Assembly: GCA_900088475.1 (NCBI GenBank)
Contig: FLMG01001180.1
Span: 1-43,191 of the forward strand
DNA length: 43,191 nucleotides
Direction: 5' to 3'
Source of the DNA: Hyphochytrium catenoides
Lineage: Eukaryota; Protista; Hyphochytriomycota
Shown: piece after piece, positions 34,421 through 43,191 of the stretch
Layout: every line of letters starts with the position of its first letter
Position numbering within the stretch: the first letter of the stretch is position 1
Made by a program: the position numbers and the translations under genes
Notes under the pieces: generated by a model
The model's database searches: none
The model's input: the letters and a program-made list of their open reading frames with translations, nothing else
Told to the model about the DNA's origin: nothing

Positions 34421-37400
34421 TTATGAAATTTCATTTCGACTTGGGCAGGAGTAGAGCAACGTAAGGCTATCTTGTGCGTCCAAAAAAGCTAGTTGATGGC
34501 GGGCCTCATCCTCGTCTTTCCACTCGATCCCCGAGTCCTTCCATGACCGTTTCGCCCTCATAGCTTCTAGCGCACGATAGCCCTTCAAAGTACCCTGAGG
34601 TGAAGGTCGAGAATGGTCAAACCGGAACAGTCTGTGGAAGCCATCCTCCATTTGTTACCTGAGGCACTATTATCATGCACGATCCGGGCGGTAAACTTTT
34701 GGCAACATCGTCAAGCAGCTTATCCAGCTCCTGAATCCTCCCTTTCTGGTGGTCCTTGAAATCAGCAAGAGCCGCCTTCTCATATGCAAATGTAGTTTCT
34801 TCATAAAGCTGCAACAATACTAGATGCTCAGCACCCTGTGATGCCTGCAGAGCTACTTCTCTTCCTACTGCGCTCCACTGTTCAGCAGTCACGTTGCTGT
34901 GGCGTTCCGCCAACTCATCACGTGTGAGATCGCTGCTCTCAAAAAGGCCCCAACTGTGCCTCTGAAAAGCGAGATGTTGTTAGATGCCCTCATCTTAGTC
35001 TACTTTTTCTTACATACCGTCCAGGGCCTTTCTTGAAGATGCAAAGGCCGGGTTCCACTTATCCGCACCTTCGATTCTGGCAAATCGCGCTTCAGAACGT
35101 CAAAGAAGCTCTCGAACTCCAGCTGTGGGCTTCTCGCAGGGACGCCAAAGCCGGGGCCTTTTTCTACCTGTGGGTATGGGCAGTTATATACGACGTGACT
35201 CATGTCCGGATGGCCGAGTTTTCGGTACCTTTAACATCGCTAGTTCTAAGGCTGTGAACGCGTCCTCTAGACTATCATGTCCGTCATCACCGTGGTTCTG
35301 CAGACGCCCTGTCTTAGTGCTAGAAATGTTAAAGCTCAATACATGAAGCAGCTCACCTGAATGACTTTGGAAAGATACTGCTCCGCTAGATGCTTTAGCC
35401 CGTACTTAAAAGGCTGACCGCGAGGATGGGGATAAAGCATTGCTGTGTCAACTATGCGCCGGTGGACGAGGCGGATCGCACGCAGGTCACTGTCGAGGGA
35501 ATGACCAACCTGAATGGTGTGGTGAGATTCAATCCAGCTCGTAGCGTCCCATATATATACCTGTGCTTACCAAAATAGTAGAACTATCAATGAGCTGAAG
35601 AAGCTCCTCCTGAGCCTCCAAAAGTGTCCGCGTGACATCTTTGAGGTGGCTCTCCGTGATGCCACTAAACTGTGTGTTATAGGAAATCACTTCGCCTCCA
35701 GGTTTGACGAACTCGTCGTAAACCTTGATGCAGCAGTGTGAAATCGCGTAGGAAGCTCCTTAGAGTCAGGCAGAAAGTACCTTTTCTCCTTGCTGATTCA
35801 CAAGAGTGATTCTCGCCACTTCCATGCCCTAGACGGAGGTGACAATCAGGTTTCTGAAGCACTGAAAGATTAGGCCATGATATGATTATTACAAATTCTG
35901 TCACGATCATCTCGCAGTCCAGCCCTAGTAACTTATGCTTCTTTCTGTTTGAATTGGGGCTAGTCGGATCTCCTTCTGTCACTTTGTACCTAAGGGCAGG
36001 GGAATCAGTGTGGTTGGGCCCACACACTATTGCGCATTTGAGAGCTTTCAGACGATTCGCGTCCCATTACCTGTCGAGGCATCTACCAGCCGTCTGACGC
36101 TTCAAGGCCAAGTCCTCAGCATCGCAACTAAGAGGAAAGTTTGCGGACAACAACTCCGCCTCACTCGCCAGATAATGCTCAATATCGAACCTGCTTTTGT
36201 CCACTTCTAAACGGAGCGTCAAGGTGAGAATGAGAGTCGCGATCATAGGTGGCGGTAGGGAAAGAGTACTTGCCTGTTGTTCTCTTTGCGGCTGTGGTGA
36301 GGTCGTCGAGCTAATGCGGCAGGAGGCTGAGACTCACTCTACATACATTCATCTACTCCACAAATGTACTTACCCGGCTGATGTTTGCCCTGATAGCGCG
36401 AAGGAGGTGAAGTTCTGACACACCGCTCTCCACTGTGTCCAGTCCATACTCCTTCGTCAGCCTTTCACTGGAAAAAAAAGCGTAGCTCCCGTCTTGTTCC
36501 GCAAACTCCAATATGTTTAGACCTCTGCGTTTGGATATTATTAGTATTAATGTGGAGAATGAGTCTTGACATGCACTTAAACACTACCTCTGACCCCAGT
36601 CCAAGTGAAGGATATTGTCATGAAGCTTCCACTTGCCGCTGTCATTTGTCCGTTGCCTATAGAAGGTGTGATCTGGGTAGAATGATAGCTCATCACTCCA
36701 ATTGGTATGAAAAGCCTTAAACTTCAGGCAGCAGCTCTCGAAGAGCTGATCCAGCTGCATATCTCTGAGAAAGCACTTAGCCCATCTATCTATTATAGAG
36801 CGTTTACCAGGGATACGTCCAACCTGTAGTTCATCTGCTGCAGCTCGACTTGTGTTAGAAGCTCTGTAAGAGGTTTGATGGGTGCTGTTCCAAGCAAGTC
36901 GTGCGAGAGCCGGGTAGGAAACGACGAGCATTTGCCAAAGAACTGGGTCTTCCTCACCCGCCTGGCAAGTTCACCTGTTACAAGAGAGTGAATTGAGTTT
37001 GAGCCAATGAGCCTCAAGGTAGACAATGGTAAGGGTAGTCGTACTAGGGCTGGTGTCTCCAAGGACGCATACAACAACCTTGCCGTTTTGCGTCGCTATA
37101 GGTGCTGGAAGGGAGACAATATCGGGAGCGTCCCGCCCTTCCAGCGCAGAGACTATGAGGTATTGAAGGTCCTACGTGAGCCATCAGCATAATATAGCAG
37201 AAACCACCTTCAATTGGCAGCTCTTACCTTCACGCTTAGCCTGCAAGTATTGTACGGCTCGCGTATCCATCGGTTAAACGAAAGGCGGAAGTTGCTCTCT
37301 TTCGCCTCGAATGGAAATTGGATCCCATCCTGCGCTCGTTTGGGATAGATTATCTCTTCTTCAGTATCAGAGCCGTCAATATTGGGTTCTTCGTCACTCA

Positions 37401-37725
37401 GCCGGCGACGCTTGTGAGGTGGCTGTTCTAAAAGAGCTCCCTCATCACCTACACTTAGGTTAGTTCGGGAGATAATCCTCACTATCATGTGTCCATGCTT
37501 CACACCTGGCGCATCAGCCGACGATTCTTCCGCTAGGTTGGTGCCGTTTGTCTCCTATACCGGATTTTGGCTCGCGTGAGTCAAGCTCCACAAAACTCGT
37601 AGCCGTTCTACCCTTACCTCAGCCTGCTTGGCATCCGAAGCAAGGTCATCTGCCTCTATCTCGCCATCCTCTATCTCGCCTTCTTCAAGCTCCTCGTCCG
37701 AGCACTCTTCGTGCTTTCGTTTCAT
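34421..37725 (-). CDS. DEDDh 3'-5' RNA exonuclease, REXO1/REXO5/Rex1 (RNH70)-like, multi-exon
   Basis: Acidic N-terminus MKRKHEECSDEELEEGEI; DLQYLIVSAL...KVVVCVLG; catalytic motifs LLGLDCEMIVT, VARITLV, YDEFVKP, YNTQFSGIT, ILVGHSLDSDLRAIRLVH, IVDTAMLYPH, LKHLAEQYL, GHDSLEDAFTALELAMLK, then KGPGFGVP. Confidence 0.88.
36207..36273 (-). other. GC-AG intron (67 nt) in the exonuclease gene
   Basis: Donor CAG|GCAAGT and acceptor TTTAG| join LDDLTTAAKRTT-E-VDKSRFDIEHYL in frame; the GT four bases downstream gives a frameshift. Confidence 0.75.
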
Positions 37726-38483
37726 CGTATGTCCCTTCAACTAAGCACAAGGACCTTGTAGGAGACTCCGCGCTCCTCCTCTGTCACCTCTAAACCGTTC
37801 CCTTCCGGCAATATAGCACATAGACACCTCCTTAGTTTATCGGGATGTTCCAGCGAAGAGCAGAAAGCGACTGCAGGACATGCTGAGGAAATGCCGCCGT
37901 CAGTCTCTCTCCACGAGCGACAGTGCGTTAAGAAACAAGATACTGCTTCTTGAGTGATCAGAAAACTCCTCCCCTTGTACATCAACCAAAGACAGAGATT
38001 TATCCTCATTTAGGAATAGACTGTAGGTTTGGCGTTCATATTAATGATATATGACGTCAGGTTGAGAATAGATTGGCACACTGCCGCGAGACTGGAGGAT
38101 TCAAAAGGTGGTGATGATGGATGATGGTGCTTGGGACTCTCACTTTCCAGGCTGTCACAGGTAACACAAAGGATGAGTCCTCATGATAGGGTTCGTATAG
38201 CAAGGATCCTGATCGAGGAGGACAGGTCTCGTTCTTGGTTTCAGCAATAACGCTGTAATGCCACCTTGGAGCCCCATGACAGGAGAGAGAACAGTCAAGG
38301 CCCAACGTGAGGTCTACGGATTGCCGGATCGCAAGGCTAGCTAGCTAATCACGCACATACCGCTACTGGTGTGATCAAGGATGTCAGTGACGGAGGTGGT
38401 AACGGAACGGGTAGGAAGCTAATTACAGCGGAGGCTTGCGCTCCAGATGGCATACTAAATTGTCGTTTCCCCGTTCTCCCTAG

Positions 38484-40187
38484 GTCCTCCAAACCAAAGC
38501 AGATGCAAGAACGACCCTTGAGCAGGTTTTTAGCACCTATGCTCGCACTGAGGTAGCTCCTGTATCTCTGCCAACTGGTTGCAAGCGGTTCCTAAGTCTG
38601 CGTCTCGCCCTGGTATAGATTGAGACGGAAACTTTATGGCATGAGTACCATCGTTTGGATCTCTTGCTTGCAGCAATAAGGGAGGCATTGCTCAACGTCC
38701 CACCACCTTCATCGGTGGAATGCAGTCGAGATGGTCGGCGAGAAGAGCACCTGAAGGTAGTACGCGGGATGAGAGGGCGTCCTCAAGCTCTACCATGCAA
38801 CAGGACTAATTCTGCGTTAATAGATGCTGAAGACAGAGCTTGCCATGTGCCAGAGTCAGCTCTTAGCGCTGGAACCCGAACTGAAGGTGAGCCTTTCCAG
38901 CTCTAGCCGGTGTTTCCTTTCAACATATCGTCGTAAAGTGCCCTGACATTTTTCTCGAAGCCTCTAGGGATAACCGAGGCAAACTTGCAGCTTGTCAGTA
39001 AGTATCAACATCCTAATAAAGCTAAACCCATGCTCATAGCTGAGCCCTATTGCTTCGGCCATTGAAATAGGAGACTCGGCGCACAGAAACAGAGAAGCAG
39101 CTGAGGTATTTGCTCGTCTGCTCATCGCCAACTACTATGGATCTTTCTTGATGGATGACGTAGGCGATACTGGTACAAAGAGCTGAAGGTATTCTCTGGG
39201 AGCAACTCGAGACCGCGGAGGAGTTTCTGCGGAGCAGCCTAGAGAAAACTGGTAACGATCGCTGTCGAAACCTCAAAATGTGGTGCATAAAGCAATCGAA
39301 GTAACTAGCCTTCCCGTGATAAAAGATGAGTCCGGGAATTTGACCATTGTGGAAATGGTGGAGGTATGAAGTCGCACGTTATAGGTTCAGCCCGACCAGG
39401 CACGTTTTTTAAAGCGAATGCAGCTCCAGCAACGGAGGCTACAGGAGAGCAAGACGGCATGTCTTATCGGGCAGGGAAGATTAACAGAGCTCCGTAGCTG
39501 TTTGCGAGAGGTACATGATCTGTGATGCATAGTGTTGGTGTTCTAGACTAACTCGCCACACTATTTATGCAGGTTCTCACCAGCGTGGCAAATTGTCTGA
39601 TGACATTGTTGGTTGACTATAAGATAAACATCTACAGCCGCGAAGAGGAAGGGAAGGTTCACACTTTAGAGGTAAGGGGTAAAGTCTTCACTTTGAAGCT
39701 TCCCTCGCTCTAACCAACTTACCGGACCTTCATTACTGATCATCTCATGATGTAGACGTATTGCCAAACCCTGCAAGACAAGCTCCACCTTCTTATCGGA
39801 CAGCTTCAGTCTGAGACATATACAGAGAAAACCATGGGGGCGTTGGTCTGCATCAGGTACTACCTTTCAGAACTCCCATTTAAACACTTCCCTTCAGTGC
39901 GGACCCACACTCCCCGGGCAGGCTACTTCTAGATAATGAGTTCAGGAAAGCCAAGCATCAAAACCAAATGGTAAGGATTGAATCTGGGCAAAGCTTTCTA
40001 AAAGCCAACTAGTGCGGTAACCCAAAAGCCTCGTTGCTCATCGCGGCAGCTACGAGACAAGCTTGCACAGTACAGGGCGGCTGGACCTGAGCTAACAGCC
40101 CTAGCGGAAGAATATCGAAGTATAAAGGAGAAAAGCCACCGAAAGCACATGTGGCTATCGAAGCTTGAAACACCCGTGAAGCGATGA
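38484..40187 (+). CDS. HAUS4: HAUS augmin-like complex subunit 4, many small exons (true 5' end not resolved, probably further upstream)
   Basis: Spliced C-terminal exons LLVDYKINIY, TYCQTLQDKLHLLIGQLQSETYTEKTMGALVCIR and LRDKLAQYRAAGPELTALAEEYRSIKEKSHRKHMWLSKLE match the HAUS4/AUG4 C-terminal signature (KL..L...I...TYT...V.AL..IR; L..Y...G..F..L..EY..L......K.W.L). Missed by the ORF track because exons are short. Confidence 0.75.
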
Positions 40188-41252
40188 CCACCTCGATAAA
40201 GAAAACCTGGACAAGAGCTAACCAACAGAGTTCTGCTCCTCTTGGCCGTAGTAGTACCTCCTTTCTGGCCTAGAGCTAAATATTTTCTAAAGCACATACC
40301 ATTTGCTTGTTCTTTGTCTGTGCATCCTCCGATGAAGAGCGATAAGCCTAGGAAAAGGTTTGGCAAGAAGCTCAACTCTTGACAGACGAAAGAATAGCAA
40401 GAATAGTGCCCTGTAGCCTGTAGAACCCTATCCCTTTACACAATCCAACCGCCTCCCTCCAAAAGTACTCTAAGACTCATAGCAGTACCATCGCCATTGG
40501 GAATTTTCTTGTTCTTGGTAGCTGAGCCACTGGATAGTCTACACCTGCAGGTACAAAGACTGGCGCTATTTTCATTCCTCAAGTTTTGGCTGTTTTTCCC
40601 TTGCTTGTGATTCTTTGGCCTTGTACTGCCTCGCCTAGTAGTAGTGTTTGCCCGATTGTCCATCAATCTATAGTTCTACTCCTCTCACCTTGCGATCATT
40701 GGGCGGGCCCACAGCAGGGTGACGGGCTGGCCTATCTATGCTGCACATCATCACCTTCCGCCATCAGGTTTGACTCTTAGCCTCTTGTCGACCTCGGCAT
40801 CCTCGGCTTCAAAGCTCAGTGAATGTGAGGAGGGATTATTCTGTCCACTGTCCACCATGGCGTCGTCATCTCTGTCTTCAGGTCACGTCGCCAATCAAGG
40901 AGCCATCCTGGTTGATAAGAGTCCCGTTGGCTCTCGCTGGATTGAGCCATTTCCTCTCTCCTTTTATGCTGCACAAAGGCAGGCTTAGGCTCCGAAATCT
41001 CCTTCATAGTGTGATAGAAAGAAGAAATGGCCCTCAACTGCAGGCTTCTCTGTTGCAAAGTTGTTTACTTACGTTGACCCTAATACGCCTCCTCATTCTA
41101 TAGAAGTATTTGTCCGCGACGATGGACCTTTATAAAGCTGATGACAGTTGACGAACATTGATACATTTGCTTAGAAATAGCGCAGGCGTCCAGCTTGAAA
41201 GCAAGCTCCAAGCTTTCCAATAGTCCGTAACCCTAGATCTCACAAGCGAATA

Positions 41253-43059
41253 ATGTGGGTACTGAAACCGAGAACACAGCTAGCGGCAGCGCTCCCCGTA
41301 CTTTTGTGGGCGCTACAGCTAGCGGGAGGCCTCTCGGCCACCCGACCAGCGGTTAAAGTCCCTCCGCCCGAATCTCCGCCTGCAGGTCTCTCCTTTCTCA
41401 CCCTTGGAGACTTCGGTGCCACTTTACCATGGCAGGGATCAGCAGATGTTGACGTTGAAGGTAATGACAAGGATCCAATGTGTCAGTTCGCCCTGACAAA
41501 CAGTGGACACAAGGGATGGGGCTCCCGCGTCAATGAGAAGGGACCCTATGTTGCCTGTAACTCCGAAGGTTGGTGGCGTCAGTGGCACGCCCAGGCCGCC
41601 CTGGCTCTTCTTATGGGTGATTCTTCAGCGAGGATAAAGCCTAAGGCTGTTATCACACAGGGAGATAACTTCTACTGGGATGGAGTGGCGAACCCGCAGT
41701 CTGAGATGTTTCAAGCAGTCTTTGAGGACATCTACACAGCACCTAACCTGGTGAACATTCCTTGGCTGATGTGCTTGGGCAATCATGACGTTGGCGGCAC
41801 CGGGTTTCTCTGTGGTACCGATCCGGGTACGGCAGAGGCCAATGACATGTGGCATAGAGAGTGCACGAGCGCCGAGGAAACAAGGGAGGCTGTGCTGAAG
41901 TACTTCAACGCTCAAAAGGAATATAAAGGGAAGAATCAGCGCTGGGTCTTTGAAGGTGCCTTCTATAAAAAGGAGTTCAAAGACGGAGATATCAAGGTGA
42001 GGAGAGAAATCCCTGCAATCCAAAGACCTAACGCAATCAGCCTCTGTTGCACATGCTGCCACTTTCCGTTGTCTTGCTTTCTTTCCGCCGTTAGGGAAGA
42101 CAATTGAGCTCTTACCGTCTCACAACCTTGTGTGTGTGTCATAGATTGATGTCTCCATCGCCTACTTACCTTGTTCACGGCACAGGTGGATGTGTTCACT
42201 GTTGATACCAACGTGGCCACTACCCATGGAATGAAGGAGATATGTTGCCAGTGCTTTGGCTATGGGAACAAGGACACATCTATCACATGTGCTAAAGGAA
42301 AGAACGCGGCCAGTTGTGGTATGTGCTCGAATATTGAAGTTGGCAAGCCACACTGTGCACCACCGGACATCTACAATGCGTGCACAGAGGTTCTTGAAGG
42401 CTGGTTTGAGGAATCAATGGCCGGTTTGGAGAAGGCTTTAGAGGCCTCTGATGCCACATGGAAGGTAATCAGCAGTCATTATTGCCCTGTAAGGCACTTT
42501 GCTGCGGCAGATAAGGAGTACAAGCGGATTATGACGGTTATTGGAGGAAAGGCGCATATCTGGCTCTGCGGTNNNNNNNNNNNNNNNNNNNNNNNNNNNN
42601 NNNNNNNNNNNNNNNNNNNNNNNNNNNNNNNNNNGGGAGGCAGGAGGTGTATATGCCTTCACAGAGCTCTACTTTGGGCCTCAGTGGGCGACGGTGAGAT
42701 TTCTAGGGCCAGACAAAACTTGGAGATGGGACCAAACCTTTACAAAGGGCGGTTCGGAAGAGCTCTACTGTTCACATATTCCTGTCGATGGGGGCCCTGC
42801 CGTTCAGTGCAAGGACGCCAAGAACTGGAAGCCATCAACTAGCGCTCCATCTCGAAGTCCTACACAAGGAGGAAGCGGAGGAGAAGGAGATGGGGTAGTG
42901 CCAAGTAGCTCTGGTGGGGACGCTGGCGGTACAACTGGGAACACTGGGGACGGCCAGAAAGAGACGTCAGCTGCCAGGCAGTCCTTAATACCAGCCTCTT
43001 GTGGTTTCCTCATATACCTAGCTATGATAGCTCTGCTGATGGCATCTGCTCAATCATAA
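41253..43059 (+). CDS. Secreted calcineurin-like metallophosphoesterase (purple/tartrate-resistant acid phosphatase type), probable GPI anchor
   Basis: Signal peptide (LAAALPVLLWALQLAGGLSA), motifs LGDFG, GDNFYWDG, LGNHD, VDTNVATTHG..EICCQCFGY, ISSHY, WLCG(gap); intron at about 41997-42185; S/G/T-rich stalk and hydrophobic C-terminal tail (FLIYLAMIALLMASAQS). Confidence 0.88.
42573..42634. other. Assembly gap (N run) covering the GHxH metal-binding motif of the phosphoesterase
   Basis: Ns start right after WLCG; frames on the two sides differ, and the expected GHxH and GAGG segments are absent, so the true gap is probably longer than 62 nt. Confidence 0.85.
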
Positions 43060-43191
43060 GTTAACGTCGTGTGGAAGTATATTGGTGCCATCAAGATTAT
43101 GGAAGACCTGGATGACGCTCTAGTGGGAGTGGTTTGATTGAGCAAGAACCTTCGGTTGTTACGTGGCCCGGCTAAGTTGTGACCAGATGAC

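Noticed and set aside
1-43191. Stop-codon reassignment suggested by abundant TAG
   Set aside because: Intact genes end in TAA, TAG and TGA and contain no in-frame TAG after splicing; in-frame stops occur only in the pseudogene.

Overview
Eukaryotic nuclear genomic window, standard genetic code, many short (about 50-270 nt) spliceosomal introns and two N gaps. The gene content (WRKY19-like C3H repeat protein, oomycete-style Cys-rich secreted metallophosphoesterase) suggests a stramenopile, possibly oomycete/hyphochytrid-related; that is inference. By manual splicing I find ten apparently intact genes: WRKY19-like zinc-finger repeat protein, CDK5RAP1/MiaB methylthiotransferase, intronless betaine lipid synthase BTA1, a coiled-coil protein, Aurora kinase, a UBAP2/Def1/GIP1-like protein carrying a long GW/WG platform, CDK5RAP3/C53, a REXO/Rex1-type DEDDh exonuclease, HAUS4 (augmin), and a secreted, probably GPI-anchored purple-acid-phosphatase-like enzyme. 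There is also an intron-bearing DDX47/RRP3 pseudogene. Gene blocks are separated by kilobases of stop-rich unassignable DNA. Best leads: (1) the UBA/CUE-RGG-GW/WG-FGxF-Q/Y/P protein, a candidate GW182-like Argonaute adaptor; (2) the intronless, fungal-looking BTA1, a possible gene transfer; (3) a recurring CCGCTAACG upstream motif; (4) TAG/CTA excess hinting at non-CG cytosine decay; (5) an unexplained beta-rich insertion in the exonuclease. No prokaryotic systems, CRISPR arrays, rRNA/tRNA genes or intact transposons were recognised.
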